IMG/VR virus record: IMGVR_UViG_2888103098_000001
Span: 1,566-65,565 of that record
Origin: a virus
Strand: one strand, 5' to 3'
DNA: 64,000 bases
The notes under the pieces: model-generated
What the model was told of the DNA's origin: nothing
Seen by the model: the letters and a program-made list of their open reading frames with translations, nothing else
The model's database searches: none
Program-made: the position numbers and the translations under genes
Shown here: positions 20,601 through 27,800 of the stretch, piece after piece
Numbering within the stretch: position 1 is the stretch's first letter
How the letters are laid out: each line of letters starts with the position of its first letter

Positions 20601-20855
20601 TCCGCGGTGGACGCGATCGGCCGGGAGAACCTTGACCAGGTGAACGCGCTGGGCGGCGCCATGGTGAACCGGGCGCCGAAGGTCGATGCCGGCCAGCGCT
20701 TCGGCGGGGCCTCGGCCCAGTCGAACGTCTACGTCGTCGACCGCGAGCAGGTCCCGCCCCCGAGCGCCAACGACGTGGTCCACATGATCGGCGACAACAT
20801 CCAGCGGGGCGGCGCGATCCGGCAGCTGATCAAGAGCGTGAGCGCGCGAGGCTGA
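14628..20855 (+). CDS. Tape measure protein with TP901-type core and lytic transglycosylase-like domain
   Basis: About 2075 aa Ala-rich helical protein; TP901-like core (EFDEQLKQFQAITG...); lysozyme-like motif QIESGY...AAGLFQFMPKTW. Confidence 0.92.
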   Translation: MADDLNVDIGIGSNELESDLRRTFDALQAGLRTAQEMQVWFERSAKSARELPTVIRDLNEKLALAKGSAAEVGLQNQIKAAQEQQLKLNNELRTEITIQKELSLARGAGQRATESGTVADGRTVAQVRATERAMADAVTGINTTAEQVAARLAIATGKAMERLIAGTAQQVEQSVQLAANRAMTRNAQLSVPGYLDASVVNARVASEAAVRKAGMGSTLDERDAGRRMYGDAAEENRQRTLQANRIRRDAERENAERDRISTQAVSKLQAEAAYEDAERSRRMSQLQTRAAWDNRNFDQLKKAADAEYRAADAKMRSDAAYEDRQRTLAANRTRRDAERENRDRDNDAKASQTRVRSSADWDNRAYDRETKTAALRERNAAEEENRLRTLAANRMRRDAERENKEIDADARRAAVLKQRADRAEYQRSPAGRQEAAKNSFEARSAAFDLNGGADQFAFQTKLTANYAIMGGIALVVRGATSAVIEFDEQLKQFQAITGTANAEMDGFRKQLLDVASTSKFSVGELTTVAVALGQTGLSASEVGKALKPVVDLAAASGSTLQQSVEAITGVLGAYNLEAGRAGEVADVFVGALNATKLTMDQLQLGIQYAANIARDSGISFSELTASIGAVAQAGVKSGSTIGTGIRQLITEFSEPSDKLRGVLKELNIDLGDVNLRTQGFSGVLKNLKEGGFTTADALRSLDLRASAAFAALAGQSDKIEELQQEFLLSSAAAESASTANESLSATFQRLKNSLFAVVDTGFHPFVTVLTAAIGNLASFASGLTALGPVLPTIASGVAAIAASAAAIKIGSLIGGLTSLGSISALLTGPVGIGAVAIGGIAAFAYWLSKIQDDAAKAAVRLDELKKVTNELTSEQQTLRQTSGSLDTTITGLIDRRAKLNEKGNEVGRQTAIIEAQKAFADLGLVVDSNATSVDGLIEALQKLRGELNQQASGLLTQQLVAITEKMDQLAKLEAAREAKSRVAPAVTAVSEYGTPTIENVDPLERMRALGPEFERAADIMSGKTKIDTTDVRRQTASVSAEMYSTLLNLRRSRTDVDVDNSLSESDRKTMLAGLDAQIEGVQKAIKDFGDKVSSVQQQQAVTVEAERVNRELQVAQLKATPVYAGFENARDNIYRDHDTAVTAAGRSRRGYGGYEAMQDAARSTDDQVRDQLAKVEEAKRAALAEGVDPKVVKEAYDGIIDSFNILLKGTSKEIRERFKTASGDAKADLNQQIRTAQSQMELLQRQGSTATDPDRVTDLQGVAVHNQEIINKAREALFKIDLGPNADQLIANSPELQDKAAELKEKGQADLNKLAVSYAELHRRVQVQMLSFQVDRATERKDLLQEQIKGLEKVRDDARSTPEAMRAAVQEINRLLGEVARIGQGINKLNADKIDTKLPTTLGPTVSFDRGSAQQAIVDQLKASGASEDRIRYALASGQIESGYAPDVLSGARKSSAGAAGLFQFMPKTWQNMYGTRDVDTDITAQIKAFQTFTDRNAGSFRSNMGREATPEELYLMHQQGAAGSMALLRAGSGSALDALTGAYGGNADAARSAITGNGGRADMAADEFIALIQRKFRSAQALVGNPFGTTGKDETDRMRTLADDKTASEAERLKAENERKAQANERVRELAELKRTDKALSETYDTQLEAVRRAQDPAAAMSASKDAFGTLRQLLETAKKEDGNKTGLDDDARAAQGDATRKRFAGLFQQQGLTTAETVGKDSLKAYEDKLNQLKAEQKELERPENEGRAGNTERLNVLRDEINELEKQKELQGTYEANQARIVALEQPLKEMKDAGLDVDRDGVEVQRRILELRERNKVLEPTMNLSRQQAATGKSFGEAASGATDSFLKQRGILDFKGQVVDPVVQAQKTMTESLGVIGGAFDNFFTNLFNGSMKAGDALKSFATSILSGLMSQISKSLTNSIFQSLFTGGTGGGGGILSGIPALFGMYHGGPIRMAGGGGVPGTDAALSMRDSKPILAQPGEYLLRRSAVDAIGRENLDQVNALGGAMVNRAPKVDAGQRFGGASAQSNVYVVDREQVPPPSANDVVHMIGDNIQRGGAIRQLIKSVSARG

Positions 20856-20856
20856 G

Positions 20857-21291
20857 ATGGCACTGAAGACCTTCGACTTCCCCTTCTCGACGCCCCAGGA
20901 CGAGTACCCCGCCGGCGCCACGGTCAAGTTCGGCCGGGGCTACCGCTTCGCGTCGGCGCCCACCGGCCCGGACGAGGTGATCCTGCACCTGAACTTCCCG
21001 GCCATGTTCGCCTACCAGGAGCGGTTCGGCGCGCCGCCCGATCCCACGGTCGAGCCCCAGCTGAACATCCACGCCCTGGAGGACTTCTACAAGGAGCACC
21101 GGATGTACCTGCCGTTCTACGTGCAGCACACCCGGCTCGGGCAGATCATCTGCCGGTTCAACAAGCCGCTCGTGGTGCCGAAGCCGATCAAGACCAGCCC
21201 GGGTGAGATCGGCGGCCGGGTGGTGGCCGGGAAGAGCTGGCGCGTCTTCCAGATGGAAGCCTTCGACCTCGAAATGCTGGTGCAGCCGTGA
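20857..21291 (+). CDS. Distal tail protein (gpM-like)
   Basis: Immediately after tape measure; lambda-like tip order. Confidence 0.65.
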   Translation: MALKTFDFPFSTPQDEYPAGATVKFGRGYRFASAPTGPDEVILHLNFPAMFAYQERFGAPPDPTVEPQLNIHALEDFYKEHRMYLPFYVQHTRLGQIICRFNKPLVVPKPIKTSPGEIGGRVVAGKSWRVFQMEAFDLEMLVQP

Positions 21292-21797
21292 CCGTACCCG
21301 TCTCCCATATCGACGAGGGCCTGAAGCTCACCGCTGACGGCGAGGTGATCCTCTACGAGATCACCCTGAAGAACGTGCCGGCCGGCGCCACCGCGGCGCT
21401 GCGCTTCCGCGACGGCCCCATGGGCTCGACCACCCAGTGGAACGGCAAGACCTGGGACCACCTGGCCGTGCAGTTCTCCGGCTGGCAGCGCTCGTCCGAG
21501 GAGGAGAAGAGCCGGCCGACGCTGCGCCTGATGAATGCAGTGGGCATCTTCAACGATGCTGCCTTCAAGGGCATGTTCGACGGCGCCATCGTGAAGCGCT
21601 CCACGGTTCTGCGTCACCACCTGAAGCAGGGCGTCGTAATCTCGAACGACGAGCTGTTCTTCATCGGTCGGGTGAAAGATCTCATCTCAGGCCAGAGCAT
21701 CTCGTTCGAGCTGCGCGCCCTGTCGGATGGCCCCGACCAGCTGATCCCCGCACGCATGTTCCTGCCGAACGAAGGCTTCCCGTTCGTGACGTTATAA
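21288..21797 (+). CDS. Minor tail protein (gpL-like)
   Basis: VILYEITL...W.G..W...P.L.L.N pattern; synteny. Confidence 0.7.
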   Translation: MTVPVSHIDEGLKLTADGEVILYEITLKNVPAGATAALRFRDGPMGSTTQWNGKTWDHLAVQFSGWQRSSEEEKSRPTLRLMNAVGIFNDAAFKGMFDGAIVKRSTVLRHHLKQGVVISNDELFFIGRVKDLISGQSISFELRALSDGPDQLIPARMFLPNEGFPFVTL

Positions 21798-21816
21798 GGG
21801 CTCCGATCTCTCAACC

Positions 21817-23343
21817 ATGGATAGTAGCAAGAGCAGTGAAGGGGTGCTAACCTTCCCAAAAAATGGGAGAAGCGCCTTGGACGTTCGGAAATCCGACATC
21901 GACAGTTTAGAAGAGCGAGTAAAAAAGCTATCTTATGAAAAATATCTCCCGACCATTCGAATGTCGAATGTAAGGAGCTTCGACAATCAAACTATCAATT
22001 TTGATTTTCCAATAACGGCAATTATTGGAACGAACGGCGGTGGAAAATCTACTGTTCTTGGCGCCGCAGCAATAGCTTATCACTCTGTAAAGCCCGGATC
22101 GTTCTTTCCAAAATCCAATATTGGCGACAACAGTATGGCAAACTGGCGGATTGACTATGATATAGTCGACCGTAAAGAGCATAAAGCAGGCATTTTTACT
22201 AGAAACGCTCGCTTCGTCGCAGCCAAATGGCGAAGAGATGGCATACCTGATCGTCAGGTCATCGTCATTCCAATCCAACGGACTGTCCCAGCGAACGAGC
22301 AGCCAAGGTTCAAACAATTTATTGGCTTAGCCCAGCGCACCGATGTGAAAGTGAACGCAATCAAACCAAGCGTTCTACAGCATGTCGGCCGTATCCTTGG
22401 AAAAGACGCCTCCGGTTATGAGAGAATATCATTAAAGAGCGATCCCAGTAGATCTATCTTTGTCGGCGTCAAGCGCCTGAACGATTATTCTCAATTTCAT
22501 TTTGGCGCAGGGGAAGCTTCAATTATTGACATGGTTACGAAGCTTGAGGAAGCTTCAGACAACGCCTTGATACTTATAGAAGAAATCGAAAACGGCCTTC
22601 ATCCTCTGGCAACGCGTAAGATGGTGGAGTATTTATTTGACGTTGCGAAGAGGAAAAAGGCCCAGATTATCTTCACGACACACTCGGAGTACGCGCTTGA
22701 CGTCTTGCCACCCAAAGCAATTTGGGGGTGTATTGATGGCGTAGCGTATCAGGGCAAACTGACGATCGAGAGCCTACGCGCTTTGACTGGAACAGTAACC
22801 AAAGACCGGGCCATATTCGTAGAAGACGATTTTGCGAAGGATCTGTGCACTGAAATTCTTAGGCAATACTCACCGGACTTATTGGACCAGGTAGAAATTC
22901 ATAAGGCCGGTGGTTTTCCGTACGTTGTCGAAGTGCTTAAATTTCACAATGCCAATCCCACAATAAGCACTAAGGCCGTTGCCGTGATCGATGGAGACAA
23001 TCCCGCTTTGGCAGAGCCCAACGACTACGTTCTAGAGTTGCCGCCGGGCGCACCAGAGGCAATTGTGTTTGGCTATATTCTTGATAACGCGGATCAGGTA
23101 GCAGCATTGGTGCAACAGCGCTGTCAATGTCCATCCATAGCGCAAGACAAAATTGTCAAAGCCCTTCAATCAGTATCTCTAGACACGACCGATCATCATC
23201 TGTATTTCGCGAAACTTGGAGAAAAACTTGGATTTATATCTGAGATTATCGTCCGGCGCGGCCTGTGCTCGATCTACGTTCAGAACTCAAAGGTCGAATT
23301 GGAACCGCTGGTAACGAACTTGTCTGAGAAACTGAAGTCATAA
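21817..23343 (+). CDS. ABC/AAA_21-type ATPase fused to TOPRIM-like domain (OLD/PARIS-like); candidate defence moron
   Basis: Walker A GTNGGGKS, signature-like HFGAGE, Walker B ILIEEIENGLHP, H-loop IFTTHS, then FVEDD...AGG...VIDGD TOPRIM motifs; markedly AT-rich compared with flanks. Confidence 0.8.
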   Translation: MDSSKSSEGVLTFPKNGRSALDVRKSDIDSLEERVKKLSYEKYLPTIRMSNVRSFDNQTINFDFPITAIIGTNGGGKSTVLGAAAIAYHSVKPGSFFPKSNIGDNSMANWRIDYDIVDRKEHKAGIFTRNARFVAAKWRRDGIPDRQVIVIPIQRTVPANEQPRFKQFIGLAQRTDVKVNAIKPSVLQHVGRILGKDASGYERISLKSDPSRSIFVGVKRLNDYSQFHFGAGEASIIDMVTKLEEASDNALILIEEIENGLHPLATRKMVEYLFDVAKRKKAQIIFTTHSEYALDVLPPKAIWGCIDGVAYQGKLTIESLRALTGTVTKDRAIFVEDDFAKDLCTEILRQYSPDLLDQVEIHKAGGFPYVVEVLKFHNANPTISTKAVAVIDGDNPALAEPNDYVLELPPGAPEAIVFGYILDNADQVAALVQQRCQCPSIAQDKIVKALQSVSLDTTDHHLYFAKLGEKLGFISEIIVRRGLCSIYVQNSKVELEPLVTNLSEKLKS

Positions 23344-23351
23344 GTCCCGAC

Positions 23352-23388
23352 GTTATCGCGGGAGGGCATGCGACACCCCGCGATAACC
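23352..23388 (+). terminator. Inverted repeat after the ATPase moron
   Basis: GTTATCGCGGG ... CCCGCGATAAC. Confidence 0.45.
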
Positions 23389-23399
23389 ACTAGCAGTCA

Positions 23400-23414
23400 G
23401 GTACGTTTCGTACC
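23400..23414. promoter_or_regulatory. Class A operator, perfect copy, in the spacer of a putative promoter TAGCAG-17-CATATT
   Basis: GGTACGTTTCGTACC; -35 at 23391-23396, -10 at 23414-23419, ATG at 23426. Confidence 0.8.
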
Positions 23415-23425
23415 ATATTCGAGGC

Positions 23426-23935
23426 ATGCAGACGGCAGGCCTCCTGGGTCGGAAATTCAAGCACGGGGAGCATGACTGCTTCTCCCTGATGCGCGAGTTC
23501 TACGCGACGAACTTCGGCATCCAGGTGCCGGATGTCGCACGCCCGAATGATTGGTGGGAGCCAGACGCCGAGGGCAAGACGCTTAACCTATATCTCGACC
23601 TCTACCACGAGGTCGGGTTCGGGCTGTTCACCGGACACCCACGCAACCGCCTGCCGGGCGACGTGATCCTGATGGCGATCCGCTCGCCGGTCGCCAACCA
23701 CGGCGCGATCCTGCTGCCAGGTGAGATGATCCTCCACCACCTGGCCGGCCAAGTCTCCACCATCGAGAGCTACAACCGGCCCCTGTTCCGCGACACCACC
23801 GTCGCCGTGCTCCGGCACCCCGAGGTCGATGGCGCCAAACTGGTGCAGGAGACCGAGATCGACGCCTGGGACCTGGTCCCGCAGCGCGTCCGCGACCAGC
23901 TCGAAGAGGCCCGGCAGGGGCGGCTCGATGTCTGA
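23426..23935 (+). CDS. NlpC/P60 tail tip protein (C-terminal half of gpK)
   Basis: HDCFSLMREFY catalytic Cys motif, PGDVILM, NHGAI, ILHH. Confidence 0.85.
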   Translation: MQTAGLLGRKFKHGEHDCFSLMREFYATNFGIQVPDVARPNDWWEPDAEGKTLNLYLDLYHEVGFGLFTGHPRNRLPGDVILMAIRSPVANHGAILLPGEMILHHLAGQVSTIESYNRPLFRDTTVAVLRHPEVDGAKLVQETEIDAWDLVPQRVRDQLEEARQGRLDV

Positions 23936-24383
23936 GCTGACCATAGCCGATATGGCTGCCCGCTTCGTCGATGACCTGGACGCCCCGGAGCGCTGCGGCT
24001 TCGTCCTGACGGACGGCTCGGTGGTCGAGGTGGTGAACCAGTGCCACGACCCGGCCAATGGTTTCGACATCTCGGGAGAAGATCTCCTGTTGCACGAAGA
24101 TCTCGCGGTCGGATCCTGGCACACCCACACCGGAACCGATAGTAATCTCACCCGAGATGATCTTGTCAGTTTCTTGAACTACCCAGACCTCACGCACTAT
24201 ATTGTCGGATCGGACGGCGTCGCCTGCTACGTCGTGAACAAGGGGCAGGTCATCCGTGCTGCGACGCATCCATCTCCACGGAAGCCTGAAGAGCATCCAC
24301 CCCGAGCCGATCGTGGTCCACGCCGCAACCGTCGCCGAGGCGGTCAAGGCGGTGACGCGCCAGCTGCCGGGGCTCCGCGGTAA
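23928..24383 (+). CDS. MPN/JAB-domain tail tip protein (N-terminal half of gpK)
   Basis: ERCGFV...WHTHTGTDSNLTRDD JAMM-like motif. Confidence 0.8.
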   Translation: MSELTIADMAARFVDDLDAPERCGFVLTDGSVVEVVNQCHDPANGFDISGEDLLLHEDLAVGSWHTHTGTDSNLTRDDLVSFLNYPDLTHYIVGSDGVACYVVNKGQVIRAATHPSPRKPEEHPPRADRGPRRNRRRGGQGGDAPAAGAPR

Positions 24384-24810
24384 CGCCGCCACCGGCCCGC
24401 TGCGCATCAAGGTCGCCGGTCACGAGACCGTCGAGGACCTGATCGCCCCGACCCAGAGCCAGGACCTGCACGTCTTCCCGCAGCTCAACGGCGGCAAGAA
24501 CGGCGGCTTCTTCCAGGTGCTGATCGGCGCCGTGCTGGTGGCCGCCTCGTTCATCCCGGGCGTCGGCCAGGTGTTCGCGCCGATCCTGCTGAAGCTCGGC
24601 ATCATGATGGTGCTCGGGGGCATCCTGCAGATGTTCAACACGCCCAAGCGGGACAACAAGGACCAGGTGGAGAAGAAGAGCCACTACCTGGGCACGCCGC
24701 ACAACACCGTCGACATCGGCACCCGCATCCCGATCCTCTGCGGCGAGGACAAGATCGGCGGCCAGTACCTGTCGTTCCAGATCGACGCCGTCGACACCGG
24801 AGGCATCTGA
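24256..24810 (+). CDS. Tail assembly protein (gpI-like)
   Basis: MLRRIHLHGSL...VAEAVKA ubiquitin-like N-terminus, hydrophobic segment, IPILCGE. Confidence 0.82.
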   Translation: MLRRIHLHGSLKSIHPEPIVVHAATVAEAVKAVTRQLPGLRGNAATGPLRIKVAGHETVEDLIAPTQSQDLHVFPQLNGGKNGGFFQVLIGAVLVAASFIPGVGQVFAPILLKLGIMMVLGGILQMFNTPKRDNKDQVEKKSHYLGTPHNTVDIGTRIPILCGEDKIGGQYLSFQIDAVDTGGI

Positions 24811-27800
24811 TGGCCCTGCCTCTGAAGGGCCGGAAGAGCGCGTCGTCGCAGCCGAAGTCCGCCACCCGCTATGACGACAACCTGTTCGGCGCCGACACCG
24901 TCGAGCTGGTGCTCGCCTTGTCCGAGGGCCCGATCCAGGGCCTGAAGGACGGCGCGTCGAGCTTCTACGTCGGCGACGTGCCGCTGCTCGATAAGGGCAC
25001 CGGCACCCCGAACATCTCCAACTTCGAGCTGCGGATGCTGAAGGGGACCAACCCCGCCGACAGCATCCGGCCGAACCTCGGTGGCTTCGCCTCGTCGAAG
25101 AACGTCGGGCTGCCGCTGCGCACCGAGAACCAGAGCATCGTCGCGCAGGGCGACAAGACCCAGATCGACTACATCGACATCCGGTTCGTGGTGAACCGGC
25201 TGCTGGTCGTGAGCACGACCGGGGGCGAGTTCGCCAACGGCATGACGCTCAAGCTGGAGATCAAGCCGCGCTCGTCCGCGGTGTGGCAGATCCCGTTCGA
25301 CAACCAGCCGGCGCCGCCGCCCGACACCTCGGGCGCCTCGAACTACCGGCCCGGCACGGCCACGGCCGGGTCGCTGGTGAACGCCGCTCTGCACGAGACC
25401 TACCTCGCGCCCGACACCGATCCGCCGCTCCAGGCCAATGAGCAGGGGGCGATGTGGTTCATCACCACCGACGCCCACTGGGCGCCGCGGATCTGGGACG
25501 GCGCAGCCTGGCAGGTCCCGAACGGCCTGACCAACTCGATCATCGACGGCTTCTGGGTGTGGAGCTGGGTCGACCACGTCGGCGATCCCCGGCGCGCCTG
25601 GTTCTCCCCGGCCGGCGCCGCGCCGCCGGCTGGCAGCATCACGTCGTTCGACTGGCTGCTCACGCCCGAGAGCGGCGAGATCGTCTACTCGTTCAACGAC
25701 ACCAGCTGGGTCGGCACGCAGACCTTCCCGGACACGCCCGTGGCTGCCCCCGGCAACGTGGTCATCTCCGGCCTGACGCGCTCGAACTACCCGAAGGAGT
25801 ACCGGATCCCGGTCGCGCGGATCAACGAGCCCTACGACGTGCGCGTCACCCGGCTCGATCCGCCCTCGACCAAGGACAATTTCAAGGATGTCACCTTCGA
25901 GAGCATCCAGGAGGTCGTGGCCCAGGTCTACAGCTTCCCGGACCTGGCGCTCGCCTGGCTGACGATCCGCGCCACCGACACCTTCACCTCCCTGCCGGAG
26001 TTCACCGGCATCTACCGGGGCGTCATCATCCCGGTGCCGTCGAACCACGTCTTCAACGAGGACACCCAGCTGTCCGAGTTCCCGGGGCTGTGGGACGGCA
26101 CGTTCAAGATGGCCTACACCAACAACCCGGGGTGGCACGCCTACAACCTGATCAAGAACAGCCGCTACGGCAAGAACGCCTACTATCCCGAGGTCCCGGA
26201 CCAGTGGGACTACTATGAGTTCGGTAAGCACTGCTCGCTGCACGGCTTCCGGTTCAACGAATACATCTCGGAAGCTCGGTCGCTGAACGAGCTGATCAAC
26301 TACGTCGTGGGCATCGCCGGCGGTCGGTACGTCGACCGGGGCGACGGCTACTCGACCGTGATCTGGGATGCCGACGACCAGCAGGCGGTGGCGATCTTCG
26401 CGCCCGAGAACACGATCGAGGGGAGCTTCAACTACAGCTTCACCGACATCACCGAACGCAAGAACGACTTCAAGGTCTCGTTCAAGAACCCGCAGCTGGA
26501 GTACCGCGAGGATCGGGTCCGGGTCTGGGACCAGAACGCCATCGACGTGCAGGGCCGGAACCCCGAGGAGTTCGTGGCGGTCGGCTGCCGCGATGCCGCC
26601 GAGGCGGTGAAGCGCGGCCGGCTGCGGCTGGCCACCTCGCTGACCGAGAAAATCATCGTCAACTTCAAGACGAACCGGCTCGGCCGCTACCTCCAGCCGT
26701 TCCAGGTGATCCTGGTCGCCGACGACCAGTCCACCAACGTCATCTCCGGGCGCGTGCGCAATCCCGACGCGCTGCCGGCCGGCACCACGCGGCTACCCCT
26801 GCGCGACCAGATCTACCTCGAAGCCGGGGTCGACTACGCCGCCCAATTCACCCTGGCGGCGGACGGCGGCGGCCTGCGCGTCGTGACCTACCAGCTCACC
26901 GTGGCCCAGCCAGGCCTGCAGAGCGAGCTGGTGCTTGCCCAGCCGCTTGCCGACGAGCTGCCGGAATACGCCGTGTTCTCCATCGGTGCGCCGAAGGCGT
27001 TCCGCATCACCTCGATCAGCCAGGCCGACGAGCCGGACCAGCTCGACATCACCGCGATCGAGGTGAACCGGCTGAAGTGGGCCTTCGTGGACGGCGCCGT
27101 CGAGCTGCGGGACCTCACCGGCCTCCAGACCGGCACCCCCTCGAACTACGTCTTCCCGGTCACCGAGGCCCGGGTGACGCCCGACCTCGCGCCGGACGGG
27201 ACGTTCAGCCTGAACGTGACCTGGGAGGAGAGCGACACCAAGCTCATCAAGGGCTACCGGGTCCGGCAGTCGATCAACGGCCAGCCGGCCACCGTGCTGG
27301 CTGAGCCCGCCGAGCCGTCCACCCGGATCGTGTCGCCGCTGGCCGCCGTCTACTCGATCGCCATCACGGCGGTGAGCCTGGACGGCAGGACCGAGAGCGC
27401 CCCGGTGACGGTGCAGTACACCGTGGCCGACACCACCACGGTGCGCTCGGTGGTCCCGCCCGCGGACCTGGTGCTGGTCGACGAGGCCGAAGCCCCGCTG
27501 TTCCGGGCGGTCAACCCGCGCTTCGCCTGGACGCCCTCGACCGACCCCATGCTGAAGGACCACCTGGTCGAGGTGCTGAGCCCGGCCGGCCTGCTGGTCC
27601 ACAGCGAAGCCGTGCCCGGCCTGCCCCAGTTCTCCTACACGCTCGCCCAGAACCTGGCCGAGAACGGCGCGGCGCTGCGCGCCTTCACCGTGCGCGTGCG
27701 GGCCCGGGACACGACCGGCCAGCTGTCGGAGCCGGTCACTGTGTCGGTGACCCACCCGGCGCCGGCCCGGATCACCCCGGTGATCGACACGATCTCCGAG

